Assembly (NCBI RefSeq): GCF_020745735.1
Contig: NC_083435.1
Location: 28,643,231-28,707,230 of the forward strand
Length of the DNA: 64,000 bases
Origin: Hemiscyllium ocellatum
Lineage: Eukaryota
Reading direction: 5' to 3'
Part shown: piece by piece, positions 1 through 13,570 of the stretch
Numbering within the stretch: the first letter of the stretch is position 1
Layout: every line of letters starts with the position of its first letter
The notes under the pieces: model-generated
What the model saw: the letters and a program-made list of their open reading frames with translations, nothing else
What the model was told of the DNA's origin: nothing
Database searches by the model: none
Made by a program: the position numbers and the translations under genes

Positions 1-1775
1 TTCATAGAACATACTGCCTCATTACTGAACCTCTGACATTGCAGTATACCTCCCGTAATGACCTCCTGACAAATTGGAACTCCCTGAGTAATGATGCTCT
101 CATGCTGTACTTTCGTTTTGGCAGGGCAGAATTCCCTCTGACCGGACACTGAAAATGCTGTGCTGCCTCAATGCTGACTTACCAGCAGTGCATTCCCTCT
201 CTCCTGTCTCGCCGACAGACAGGCAGTTGCTCAGTACTGATCGCTTGACAGGGTGACGCTGCTTTAATGCATTCCCCTTACAGTGCAACACTCAGCACTG
301 ACTCCCTGACAGTGCCATACGTCCTTCCTACCAGTACTCTGGTGTTGCAGCACTCCCATAGTAAGGGCAATCAGATAGAGTGGCGAATCATGATTACAAT
401 ACTCTCAGTGCAACTCACAGTCTGTCCGAACACTCTTATAGTTCATCACTTCCCTCAGTACCGTGATCATATTTAAGTTTCTGAATCACTGAGTTCTGAA
501 ACTCCGATAATTCATCACTCCCTCAATTCTGTCGCTCCAGATGCCCCTCCGTGGTGGCACTCTGGCAGTGCAGCATATTCCAAGAGCCAACCCCCCCGAC
601 AGTGTAGCACTGCCCCTGTAATGCCCTCAGTCACTGCAGTACACCTCCTGAAGCACTGACAGAACAGCACGACCTCTCTAAAGTCCCTGCGACAGTGCTG
701 TCCTTTTTTTAGAATTGAACCTTTGTCTGTTAGACCATCACCCACACTCCTTTTACTCAGCATCTGATCGTGTAGCACTCCTTCAGTGCTGATCCGCGGC
801 ACTGCAACCATCCCTCCGTATAGATTCTCTCGCTGTGCATCACAACATTTCAGCTATCCCTCTAACAATGCGGCACAGCTTTATTACTGATCCTCTGAGA
901 ATGGGATTCTCTGTCACTCTATTACTGTGTATCATCTCACCGTGTAGCAATCCCTCTGTACTGATCCTCTGACAGCCCAGTTTCCTTCAGTACTTCCATT
1001 CTAAGAACGCTACACAGCATCAGTGATGAATATTTCGCCGTAAAGCATATACTTTCTACTGAACTTCTGACAGTGCAACACTCCCTCAGCATTGACACCG
1101 GCAATGCAGCAATCCCTCAGTAATGAAACTCTGACAGTGCAACTGACATTCTCGTCAAACCTTTACAGTGTGGAACTTTTGAATTGACACTCTGACAGTG
1201 TGACTTTCTGTCACTCTTTTAGTACTAAGCGTCTGACTGTGCAGTCCGCCCTGAGTATCGATCCTCTCGGTCTTCCTTATTAAGTGCATTCTGAAAAAAG
1301 TAACAGCTGTCCCTCAGAACGGACCGTCTGTCAGTGCAGCTTTGCTGCAATACCTACTCTATGACAGTGAAGCAGTTCCTCAGTAGTGGCCCTCTGACAG
1401 TGCAGCATAGCTTCAGTGATGACACTTGCAGTGAGACACTTTCAGTCCTAAAAAAATCTGAATACACAGCACATTTTTAGGTCCGATACAGCACTGCACC
1501 CTCTTTACTTACCCTCTGGATTTGCAGTATTGTCTCAGCACTGACCATCTGACAGTGCAGCGCTGCAACAACATTGACATTCTGACTTTGCAGCACTCGC
1601 TTGGCGTTTACCATCTGAGTCAACGGCTCTCCCTCAGTACTGAGTACTAGCAAACATCTCTCTACACTGATCTCTGAAATGCAGCACTCCATCAGTCCTG
1701 ATGCTCTGACAGCGTGGCACTCCCTTAATGATTCTCACTAACATCACTCACTGAATGCTCTGATCGTGCTGACTC
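1..1775 (+). repeat. Degenerate 33-bp tandem satellite (unit ~CACTCCCTCAGTACTGACCCTCTGACAGTGCAG), probably continuing left of the window
   Basis: Recurrent ctctgacagtgcagcactccctcag variants throughout; same unit as 40779-41160; produces spurious ORFs. Confidence 0.85.
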
Positions 1776-3641
1776 TCCAATCAAATACGGGCTGAAATCT
1801 GAAGCTTAGCCTATTTGCTCGTCAACAGTATTCCAGCGTCTTCAGTCTTATCTCCACATGAGCAGCATCTATACATTTCAAATGCAGGACAAGGACGAGG
1901 TTTGAACTGACTGATATTGACTAGACAGTTTACGGCTTTTTTTCCCCGCCTCTAACAAGGCAAAGAGAACCAAAATAAAGTTGTAAAATCGTGAGTGCTT
2001 TTGATATTGTCAGCACAGAAAATGTATTTATCGTTATTGCCTCTCTAAAATTAATAAATGTGAGATCAACACAGTAAATCTGTGACTGCATTCAGGAGCA
2101 GCACGTTTAGGTAGAGAAGGTGGAATTTTCCACAACTGGCGTCAACTGAACATCGTTTATCTTAAAATATGTTAACGCAATAGCTAAAATCTAGGAGTTA
2201 GGAATTCTGTGGCATTTAACTCACTTCCTTACTCCCCGAAACATGTCCATACTGCGCAACTCATGAAATACTTTCCAGTTTCCTGGATATCTGCTCGTCT
2301 GACACCACTGAAAAAGTCAACACCACTTTGGATGTCAGAGCCTGTCTCTTTGTCCTTCATTGTCTTTCGGATAAAATCCTGACGATTTCTTTCTAAAGGC
2401 ACTCCACCTTGAACTGCTCAGACCTGACAGCTGGGTCATCACATTCTCAAGGACTATTTTGAAAGGTCAATATATGGTGATCTTACCAGAAACATACACT
2501 TGCTGTGAATTGCTTCGAAAGAAACAAAAATGTACTTAAGGTCAACATAGTTAAAGACATGATTTATAAAAATGTAGAATGTCATGATGACTAGGTTGCA
2601 ATAATAGAGATGGGGAGGTGTTCATACGAAACAGTATAGTGTCAGAAATTGCCTTACTGGTTAATTCCAATGCTTAAAATTTAATATCATTCTGAATAAT
2701 TGTAATATTAAATTGCCTTGATCACCAGTTGCTAAATACTTCACATATTGAAGTGCTTTGTCTCCTAACGAAACGAATTATTTCATTATGCACAGTTTAA
2801 TAAAATGACAGATTAATGTTCTGGACTGACCTCCATTTCTTGAAACTCATGTTCCTTTTGAGTGAGGTGCACCGCTGAGAGTAGAACAGAAATCTGGGTA
2901 GGTTACATCCAAATCAGTGATAATTATCAGTCAGCCAAACATTAGTCAATCACATAATGTTCAGTTCAATAACCGCAGTGTAACATTCATTCTTTTGAAT
3001 TGAAAGATCATTAAATGAAAAGTAGTGATTGTAGATTTTCAGGGTACTTAATGTATAAAACTATTTACTTCGAATGTACTTGTTATGATTTCTCAATTTA
3101 TAGCACTGGGATCCTCAATTGCGCATAACCTGCAAGATATGCTGAGCTAAGGATTATGAGTCATGTAGAATTTCTTCAATTTGATTCTTGTGCAATGCCC
3201 TGATGAATATAAGCTTAAGAAGTATTTCTGTCAGTAAATACTTTATATATATTTAACGGAAAAGACTGAAAACAATGTGAATGTTTCTTGTGCCTCAAAA
3301 TTCTAAAATTCTTTGAATACTGCCAATACAGGCTATGCTTTCCCTCTTCTGACTCTGAAGTGGAACTGTGAAGCAAAAATAAATTACGACGTGGGGAGCC
3401 ACGGCAACTAGTAGGAACAACATCTCTGAACTTTCAAAATACATCACCGATGTTGACTTGTTCTGTATTGGCAAACAACCTGGAAGAGCCCCATTTATTG
3501 GCAATAGGTTAGAGTCGTCTGTAGCCATCCGCATCTATTCCTCGTTAGCTCAGGCAAAAGCCTATCTTTCATTTCATTGGAGTTCTGTCCTTTATTTCCC
3601 GTTCAGAATATATCATTTTAACGAGACTGTCTGCAGTTCAA

Positions 3642-3733
3642 GTGAAGAGGGCTTATGCCCGAAACGTCGATTCTCGTTCTCCTTAGATGCTGCCTGACCC
3701 GCTGCGCTTATCTAGCAACACATTTCTCAGCTG
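3642..3733 (+). repeat. Half-arm of palindromic shark repeat (family A) with hammerhead-like core
   Basis: gtgaagagggcttatgcccgaaacgtcgattctc...gctgcctgacc...cagcaacacattt; matches arms at 6411-6493 and 6800-6930. Confidence 0.75.
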
Positions 3734-4872
3734 CAGTTCAAGAGACCAGTTTAACAGTATAAACAGATATGAACATCCACATGAAACATTTCAAACTACT
3801 TACATAGATGCTAAAGCAAATGGGAAAAAAAAACGTTTCCAATAGGACGCCAAGAAAATAATCTGTATTACCTATAAAAAAGGACAGATATAGTTGATCA
3901 ATCGAGGCACCTAGAAAACCTACACCCTATTTAAATGTCTGTATTATGCAACTAAGTTTAAATATTCTGACCATTTTCATCAAGTTGACAAGAAGTTTTT
4001 AATTGCGCATAGTTAGTGAAGACAGACATTGATGCTGAAAGACAACATTTTCTGCAGCTTTGCAACCATTTTGTTCATAAAGATCAATACCTCTCATCCT
4101 AACCCTGAATTTTCCTGCTGAAACACGTTGACCCCTCTGTTATAAAGGCCATGCTAACGTCTGAAACAATATACAAGCACAGAATCAGCCGTACTAACGT
4201 ATCCCCACACTCTAGGTCACAGTTTACGAGAACAATGTTGGTGGAGTGGATTTCTGGGAACGTGCTGAAAGATCAGTTCTTTTGAACCTGCTCCTGATTA
4301 CCATCACAGTGACCTGTCAGGCGACTTCAGAACCAACTACGTCAGCGTGGTTTGGAAATTACATGAAGTAAAGACGAAACAAAGTCAGTAGATTTCCCTG
4401 ATTCCAGGAAAGCAATTAATTAGATTTTCATTTCCGACAATCAATTATAGTTTGATGATCAGCTTTAAAAAGATGAAGTTTTAATTTCGATACCATCATC
4501 TATTGTTTTCCGATTTAAAGCAGCATCCCGAGAAAGCTGCCTGGCCGTTTCATTCGCTGGTACAGAGAAATCACTACTTTGCCACTGTGATTAATTAGTG
4601 TTAAAACTAATCATGTTCACTCTTACTGTCCGCTTTGTGTAAACCTGAGCCGTTATACAAAAGGTTGGAAATGGTAGAAAAAAATACATCGTCTTTTTCA
4701 GGTGTCCACAACACAGTTAAAATTTGTCTATGTTAGCGCTTTTTAGCACAAATGTAGATAAAGAGTGAATTGCCAAATGAGCACAGCGGAATTAAGTTAT
4801 CATTGGCAGACTGTGATGATATAAAGATAGACTTAGTGGTCCATGAAACATAAACATAATTTCTGGCAACAT

Positions 4873-5178
4873 ATTAGATTAGACTTACAGTGTGGAAACA
4901 GGCCCTTCGGCCCAACAAGTCCACACCGACCCGCCGAAGCGCAACCCACCCATACATTTACCCCTTACCTAACACTATGGGCAATTTAGCTTGGCCAATT
5001 CACCTGACCCGCACATCTTTGTGACTGTGGGAGGAAACCGGAGTACCCGGAGGAAACCCACGCAGACACGGGGAGAACGTGCAAACTCCACACAGTCAGT
5101 CGCCTGAGTCGGGAATTGAACCCGGGTCTACAGGCGCTGTGAGGCAGCAGTGCTAAGCACTGTGCCACCGTGCCGCCC
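4873..5178 (-). mobile_element. Full-length HE1-like tRNA-derived SINE
   Basis: Reverse complement begins gggcggcacggtggcacagtg and ends with a (TCTAA)n tail; near-identical to 19670-19985. Confidence 0.9.
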
Positions 5179-5932
5179 ATATTGTTCCCTATTCTCAATA
5201 TTTATCCAATGCATGCAAAAATGCTCAACCCTTACAGTTGTTCAATTAATATTTAGGATCTGTTAACAAATTTCTTCAACCAGCAGAGAAAAATATATAT
5301 TATTCTCCGTCCTATGAATTATGTTCAGACAGTGATGATACTGTGAAAGGATAAATCAGTTTCCTTGAGTATTTACAAAGCAAAAAGCCAATGAATTCTA
5401 CTCCAGTTAGTGTGTCAGCTTCAGCGCAGTCCCACCCTGACTGATATTCCCAGTCGTACATAATCACTGTGGTTATAGGTTTCAAGCCAAGTAATGATTC
5501 ACAATCGAAACAATTCCACAGTGCTATGCACAAAGTACCAACTACCCTCAGTAACTACATTTGTTCTTAATCAGTCTGTTCACTGATGCTGTTATCCACA
5601 TTTAAAATGGATGAAACCTGAACCTAGGTCTCTTGTCTCAAAGGCACGAATATTACCATTGCACCTCAGAAAGTCCAATTTGCCTGACACCCCCTCAAAG
5701 TGCTGATAACTGATTCACAATATTCTCGTAACTGCAGTGACCTGATATATTTCTGATTACAAAAATATTTAGTTTGAGGTACTATAATGTAATTAAAGTG
5801 ACAATAGTAATTCAGGGCATTTGATTTCCCTGATGTTTATCTAGATCAGTGAGTAACTGTGATAGTAACACAGTCAAAGCAAACAGCAGTTCATACGCAA
5901 ATCTTCAAGATTTTCAAGTCTTTATCACTTAC

Positions 5933-5996
5933 CAGGGACACCAATGATAACAAGAGTCATGCAGTATATTTTCCTGACACTGAGAAATAATTCCAT
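5933..5996 (-). CDS. Exon 1 of a GPR139-like class A GPCR (MELFLSVRKIYCMTLVIIGVP); exon 2 not found in window
   Basis: 64-nt ATG-initiated phase-1 exon with GTAAGT donor; same size and phase as, and similar to, exon 1 at 39275-39338. Confidence 0.75.
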
Positions 5997-6410
5997 ATTA
6001 TCATGTATTATTTAAACTGCCCGTTCAGCTGCAGACACTCTCTCTATTTAAAACTTTGAAGGGAGACAGAATTAATTTATACCTGGAAGATCTCCACAGG
6101 GACATTCAGGTTACAACATCTTTCAATACAGATTTGGGTTGTTTTTGAAACAGAGACAACAGATATCGATGTATACAAGCTACGTTATCTTTAAGGTGAG
6201 AACATATTTAGTCCTCAGATTGAATGAGACAGCTGTAAGGGTTGTGCACTTATGCGTGCACTGGATACGTATTGAGAATAGGGAGTGATGATGTTTCAAG
6301 CACCACCAGATCTGTGTTTAAATCAATCACAGTGTGCCAGGGATGATTTAATTCCACTGTGTTCAGTTAGTAATTCGATCTCAAATCCGACTTGCCTACT
6401 TCGTTGTTTT

Positions 6411-6930
6411 GAAAGTGTGCTGCAGGAAAATCGCAGCAGGTCAGGCAGCATCTAAGCAGCAGGAGAATCGACGTTTCGGGCATGAGCCCTTCTTTTTTAG
6501 ATGACTGACAATGTGGAATCAGGGCCTTCGGCCCAACAAGTCCACACCAACCTGCCGAAGTGCAACTCACCCATACCCCTGCATTTAACCTTTATCTAAC
6601 GCGACGGACAATTTAGCATGGCCAATTCACCTGACCCGCACATCTTTGTACTAAGGGAGGAAACCCACGCAGACACGGGGAGAACGTGCAAACTCCACAC
6701 TGACAGTTGCCTGAGGCAGGAATTGAAACCGGGTGTCTGGCACTGTGAGGCAGCAGTGCTCACCACTGTGCCACCGTGCCACCCACTGAAGGACTGAATT
6801 CCTGAAGAAGGGCTCATGTCCGAAACATCGGTTCTCCTGCTCCTTGAATGCTGCGTGACCTGCTGCGATTTTCCAGCAACACATTTTCAGCTCTGATCTC
6901 CAGCATCTGCAATCCTCACTTTTTCCTACC
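6411..6930. repeat. Palindromic repeat (family A) with both arms, interrupted centrally by a SINE
   Basis: Left arm 6411-6493 is the reverse complement of the right arm starting ~6800. Confidence 0.8.
6505..6784 (-). mobile_element. HE1-like SINE inserted in the centre of the palindromic repeat
   Basis: Similar to 4873-5178, with an internal deletion. Confidence 0.85.
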
Positions 6931-7639
6931 TCGTGGTTTACCATATTCTAGGCTGTGATTTTGTGAATATGGATCTTCAAATCTGCAATTGGTAAAGTTA
7001 ATACAGTTTTCCATTGAGAAATTAGTGCATTATTACAACCAAATGCAATACCATAACAATCTGCAGGGTGATATTTAAAAGAAAACTTGTGGGATTGAAA
7101 AATCATCAGCAAGGCTAAAAGCTACCTTTGACAAGGGAGATTGAGGAAGAAATTGATTGGAATGCAATGCATATAATATTGTTGAAGAGGTCCACTTGCG
7201 TGAAGTTAGATGCCTCACATCCGAATTATCTGGGGGTTGGTAGGAACACATAAATAAGGTAACACGCATATGGCTTAATGGGCATGGTCAGTATTATTCA
7301 CATGCATGTCTATATTGGGCTGTTGACTGACCAAATCCTTGCATAGCTTTGAAAAATTCAATTATCTCATTGAAAATGATTTGAAGCTTTGACCTAGATT
7401 TTCCCAGAGACATTACGAACCCTAACTTCACATGAAAGCTACTCGACATATTTAGCAACATTCTAAGAATGTTGTTCCCTTGATTCATAGAAAGCACAGC
7501 GTGCAAATAGATGCTACCAAGACCATCAGTCTGCACTAACTCTGCGAAGAGTATCGCGTATCCTGCATTCCTGTATTTACTATTGCAAATCCACTTGGCT
7601 TGCACATCCATGGACACTACGATCAATTTTAACATCGTC

Positions 7640-8100
7640 AATCCACCTAACCTACATATCTTTTGACTGTCAGGAAAACCGGATCACTTGGAGGCAACCC
7701 ACGCCTACACAGTGAGAAATGCCAACTCCACACAAACATTTGCTTAAGGCAGGAAACTAAACTGGGTCTCCGGCACAACGAGGGAGCAGAACTAAGTAAC
7801 CTATCTAGCATTTTATAAATCAAACTTACATCCCCGCAACATCTTGGCAATTTTCTTCTGAAACCTCTCCAGCTTAATAATATTCTTTTAACAGGGCGAC
7901 CAGAAATGGACAAAATATACCAGAATAAACCTCATCAATGTCCTGTGCAATCTCGACATGACCTCCCAACGCATATATTGAAAGACAGAGACAAAGGCAA
8001 GGGTGCCAAACGCTTTATTAACCATCCTGTCTTCACCTGCTGCAAATTTCAAAGAGTTATATATCTAAACCCCAAGATCCTTCTGTTCCATAACATGACT
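7640..8100 (-). mobile_element. SINE fragment followed by decayed CR1-type LINE RT fragment
   Basis: SINE body at 7640-7795; ORF-track peptide QKDLGV and nucleotide similarity to other CR1 RT copies in the window. Confidence 0.6.
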
Positions 8101-10463
8101 CAAGGCCACGCCGTTTTTTTTTGCTGTGTGGTGTATAGAGGATTGTAGCCTTATGTTTGGATTCAAAATACAATGAATTAGGAAATTTGCACAGAACCTG
8201 GAAAATAAAATTGATGGTCTGGAGAAGAGAATTACTTCCATACACAATGAAAAGCATTGGGACAGTGAGGTGTGTGATCAAGTGCCCAAATAATGAAAAA
8301 AACACAATAACGTGTTCATTTATGGGCTGAAATTACCAGGCCATGTGATGAGATGGAAGATTCGAGGGGTCTTTGGGAGAGTTAATTCATCAAATGTGCC
8401 CTGGATATAGAAGACACTTTGTGCAGATGTAAATTCAAAGATTGAGTCACATGCCAGTGAGCATGTCTGCTCAAAGAATTGTCTGCAGCTGTCTCCAAAA
8501 CCAATGCAAATGACTTTACCCTGTGCTGATGCAATATGAGCGAAACCACTGCCCTCACTGCTCCACCATTCTTGCTCAGTAAGAAAATGCCAGCATATTC
8601 TGTGAATAAAAGAAAGACTTCTGATCAACTATGGCTGAGCCAACAGGGGGTTTATGGACTAGTGAGGGATCCACTTAATCAAGAAAACGATTACAATAAT
8701 CAAATGGCTCTCTGAAGTTAGTTATCTAAGGGAAGAGCTGGGAATGAATTACAGTAAGGCTTATAACTTCCTCAGGTTAACATAGTAAACTTAAGAGTGC
8801 AAACCTAGAATTCAATAAAAAAATCTTTGCAGTTTTCTCTGTTCGACTTAGAACGCGAGATTGGAAATTATAATTTGTCCAGAGAAGATGTTTTTGAGAT
8901 GTTGGTGAGATTGTTTTTATCTTCTGCATAACTTGGGTTCTCCCTTTATTTCGCCTTATCCTCTTTGTCTTTCGGCTTATTTTCTAGTATGCAACAAATG
9001 TGTTCTATAATTCATTACTACATTTTAGTCTTAATGTTTAAGGACAAGTTTTAAGGCTAGAGACATTCTCAGCATCGCGCCCTTCATCACCAGAAAACTA
9101 GACATAAATCTAAGGATGTCATGTTCCCATTTTAGAGAGCCGTAACAAGACCACACCTTGAATAGTTAGAACAAGAAAACTTGACTTATTTAACAAAGGA
9201 TATAAATGAGCTTGTTGGCTCTTCAAAGTTGGTTTTGCACATTCATATTTGGAATACATATGTTGTCTTAAGAGGAAAGTTATGGGTGACTGGACGTCTC
9301 TTCATTGGAGAACAGAAAAGTGAGGGGAGACTTCATCAAATTGTGTTGAGTCCTGAATATCCTGAGAGAATGAAATCCCTCAGACCCCGGCCCATAAACA
9401 TCATTACTGATGGAGGGCCTATGTCCAAAACGTCGATTCTCCTGTTCCTCGGATGCTGCCTGATCTGCTGTGCTTTTCCAGCACCACACTCTTGGCTCGT
9501 AAGCATCCTTGACATAGATGAGGATAGAAAGCGACGTCTTGTGAGGCAGTCCAGAATTAGGGAAACCCACCTTTAAAACACGAAATGTCACACCTTTCTG
9601 TAAGAGATGGGAGGAATCTTCCCTTTACAACACGATGTAACTTTAGAATATTTCATTGGAAAAAAAAGTGGAAGTTGAGACATTGATCAAGTGCTTTTAA
9701 AGCTAACGCAAATAGGTTCTTGTTAGTCAGGAATCAAATCTTGTTGGGCTATGTTGGAATGTAGAATTTGGAACACAAATAAGTAAGACATAATACTGTT
9801 CCATGGCTGAATGATCTACTTCTACAATTTCATATGTTAACGTATATTCCTTTGCTACTTGTGCTGAGATAAACCCCACTTCCTAACAGAGAGGTGGGAG
9901 GGGGGGAGGTGGAATAGAATTAGAATTAGTTTTATTGTCGCAAATCTCATATGAGTGCAGTGAAACATTTACAAATGTGCCACTTTTGGTGACAACTTTG
10001 GTACCATTTACCTAAATGCAAAATATTCGGAAAAATTTTGAAAAATGTTTTTTAAAAAAACAGTCTTTCAAGCAGTACACGCTGATCCTTGCCTCTTGAT
10101 GTCACCAGGCCTTGCCTCCAACACACGCCAGCACATCGCATCCTGTCGGTGATCTCAAACATATGCTGAACAAAGGACACAGCTGTGCTCTGCGCTTGAA
10201 GCTCTACTGTAGACGACGACCAACTTAGCATCAAACACCAATGATGAACGATCTGCTTCCTCTTTGTGCCTACTGCAGGGCTAAAGTGGGCATCAGGCTC
10301 CTCCATAGCGGATGGACTCCGAAATTATGCGTTCAAGCTACAAGCCTGCCAAAGCCAGTTTTTTTGCGATCAGCACTGAAACCGGTGATGCCGATAAATT
10401 ACCATCAAGACTCATGTTTCCCAACAATGTCAGAAGATGAAAGACAATAGAAAGAGCTTGATG

Positions 10464-10485
10464 GAGAGAGAGGGAGTGAGGAGGA

Positions 10486-10531
<46 letters not shown>

Positions 10532-10546
10532 AAGAGAGAGAGAGAG
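10464..10546. repeat. (GA)n microsatellite
   Basis: Directly visible. Confidence 0.95.
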
Positions 10547-10849
10547 ATGGTTGCAACCGACCCAAAGCATAAGGGCTCAGGCCTTTAAGACTCCTTACCA
10601 CGCTAGTGCTGCGAAAAACCGATGACAGAATGAAATGGAGGCACCTTCAGTCAAGTATAATCAGAAATAACTTCAAATAACAACAGATTGTTGACACAAG
10701 TGATTTCATGCATACATATTTATCTTTATTTTTAAACAGATATTTTATTTCCTAAGGATTAGAAATAATCAACAAGGAGAAGAGACTGCAGCCACTCACA
10801 AAATCACTTCAATGGGAGTTCAGACTTTCCCCTCCAAAATCCCCACTAC

Positions 10850-11855
10850 TCATGTTACCTGACTGGAATCCTCCCTCGCAGTCCCCACTGCACTAACACT
10901 GCTCAAATTGTACCTATGGAAACCTCCAGTTAAACGAGGACTAATGTTACTGGAAACATGGGGCTCCCAGCACGAGTTCAGAAAATAAGCCATTAATGTA
11001 CATGAATGTTTCACAACACTCTTGAACTGCTCCCTGAACTTGGACTGCGTGGCACTATAAGTAAATGCATGTGTGCAGCAAATTAAATCCGCCAGCATGA
11101 TGCCAACATTTGCAAAGATGTTTAAGGAATTATTGTAATTTTCAGGAATATTGCCTGCAATTGTACAGTACGAGAAGTTTATAACAAATAAAAGCCAAAG
11201 GAAAATGAAGCTGCCTGATGTTATGAAGAATAAAATTGCAGAGTTCGTTCTGTTCTCAATCTCTGGGTCAGTGCAGTTTCCTCCAGTACTCCTGAGTTGC
11301 TTCTGGACCCATCTGATCATTAAAATGTATCGGATTGTGAGCACATTAACAAAGAGCATTAAGGTATATGGGATCAATGGTGTGAAAATTGTATCAAACC
11401 AATCAAATGCCACCCACGCAGGATCTGTATAATAGCTTGTCATTTCCTTACAAAATCAAGGAACACCATCAACGATGTCTCTGGGTTCAACTGTTAAGTA
11501 GAATGGGATGCCTTTCAAACAATTCACAATGAATGTGATTGATAGTATCACAAGTGCAGTGTTGCCAGTGCAATACTTTGTTTTCAACTTCTGGCAACAA
11601 ATGGCTACAAATCGATCAAGTGAGAAAGTGACAACAAACCAGACAGAAAATTCAGTGCCTACATCAAGTATGATATTTCGCAAAGGAGTGATCTCCAGAA
11701 AAGATACTGGGAAAAATAGGAAATTAGTTGATCCAATATGATAGAAGAGAAGATGACCAGTTGATCTGCTGTTTGCACAGCTATCAGGTAGCAAGTTGTG
11801 CAAGTGGAGAGGCCACACTTCTTCCATGATAGGATGACAATTACCACTAAATTGA
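10850..11855 (-). pseudogene. GPR139-like GPCR pseudogene, exon 2
   Basis: Acceptor ctctcttacag|TC AAT; peptide NLVVIVILSWKKCGLS...DRFVAICC...SKFREQ is homologous to 32686-33575; 1-nt frameshift at the A5 run 11712-11716; TGA at 11458-11456 in place of W of PWFC; Cys of TPVC lost (TPLR). Confidence 0.9.
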
Positions 11856-13399
11856 CTGTAAGAGAGAGAACTGGGGGGGGAAAGCTTGAAAATTACTCAT
11901 TATATATTTATTTTTAAAAAATGGTTTGATCAGTGGTGAAAACTTTGCAAGTCAATTCACGAAGCTAGAATCAAGATAAACCTAATTTCTTTGGATTTAG
12001 CAAGGCAAGGAAAACTATCAATCTTCTCCAGTACATGAGTGAGGCTGACAAAATCTGATTCCAACTTGTTCATGGATACAACTGTTGATCATTCTTAGCC
12101 CTCAGTCAAGACAACTGCTCATGCAGGCAACAACACATCCCATTATTTTAATATACAGTTCTACTACTGGATAAGAGATTGCAGTTGAAGGGATAAGTTC
12201 CAATTGTATTTCCCCTTGTGGGTACCAATGTCTAGGTGGTTTAATAAAGACGCTTGCATTACAACTAAGAGGATCTGCAACAGAACTGAAAAGGGACTCC
12301 CTATGAGGCAATCCCTGGTGCAAAAACTGAACTACGTAAAAAATAGCATTTGGTCAATAAGTTAAGAGCTATTTATGTGTGACTCAAGGGCTGCTGTGAG
12401 AATACTGATTGCTAGTTTGTGATGACTTAACACTAGTACTGGAAAAATATGGCTGTATTTTTGAGATGGGCATCAGTTGAACAGTGCTGGAGTCAGTCTT
12501 CAGGGCAAGTCATCTGAATTGTAGGTACAAAGCCTGTCATTGAATTGGACAATAAGGGAGCATATATAGATGGTTCCATAAGTTGAAGCGAGAGGAAACA
12601 GTAATAGATCAAGACAAAATAAAAATAATGGTCAGAGAATAGCTGGAAATACAATGAATGAAAACAAATGTATGTGAACAGATATGGCGAAAGGTAAAAG
12701 AGACGGTAAAGACAACTGAATTAAGAAATTTGTGCTTTGCATTTGCAATATTTGTCATCAATTGTCAAGTTAAATGGAATTCATAAGCGTGATTAGATAG
12801 TAATTATAGAGGTGTGGCAAAAAGAAAGTGAATGCTTGGACTTGAAAATCTATATTAGTGATATTCAGAATGACAAAATGCTGGAAAATGTGGGGGTATA
12901 GCTCTGTTCACTAAAGATTAGAATACAGGAGTGAGAAAGTAAATTGTATTTTGGAAGTTCGACGTGCTTGTGACAGGATGACAGAATAAATATGCAAATT
13001 TTCAATTGATATATGAACCACGTGACCCTAATATAGAATAATAATAACAGAACAGAATGGTACAAATGGGAAACGTAGCTAAAAAGGACTCTAAAATCCT
13101 CTATAAATGTTCATAATGGTAAAGATTAACAAAATGAATGCCAATGTGGTTCCTTTACAGAAGAATTTAAAATCAGATGCAAGGAAATAGTCAAAGAACA
13201 AATCCAATAATTTGTCTCTATCTGAATGGAGGAAAGGACTAAAACACGTCCCGTAATAATGCAGTGTGAAGGACTAAATTTAAACAGTAAATTAAAGACT
13301 TCAATACAAATTTAAAAAAATACTATTGATCCACGTATTTCAAGTCGTGTTCGACGGACATACGTTTGCACTCTTCCATAGCCGATGGTTAATTTGAAT

Positions 13400-13570
13400 T
13401 CAGTCACAGAAGAAAATGAAGTTGTTAATAATCAGATGATGGCAATGAAACTGTTGTCAGTTCTTGAAAAAATCCATCTTGTTTATGTGTGTCATTTAGG
13501 ATGAGAAAATGCTGTCCTTACCTGGATTGCTCTTCGTGTGACTCCGGACACACAGAAACGTGCTTGAATC
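13400..13570 (+). repeat. Second dispersed shark repeat family (SINE-like); further copies at ~29930-30180, 30720-30915, 39985-40130, 45270-45570, 63740-64000
   Basis: Shared ccttacctgg..tgtgactccag..cacag motif, or its reverse complement, across copies. Confidence 0.55.

Noticed and set aside
1-1775. CRISPR-like array of ~33-bp repeats
   Set aside because: Units are head-to-tail with no unique spacers, no cas genes, and the context is eukaryotic
7294-7641. 115-aa ORF with protein-like composition
   Set aside because: No recognisable family motif or splice context
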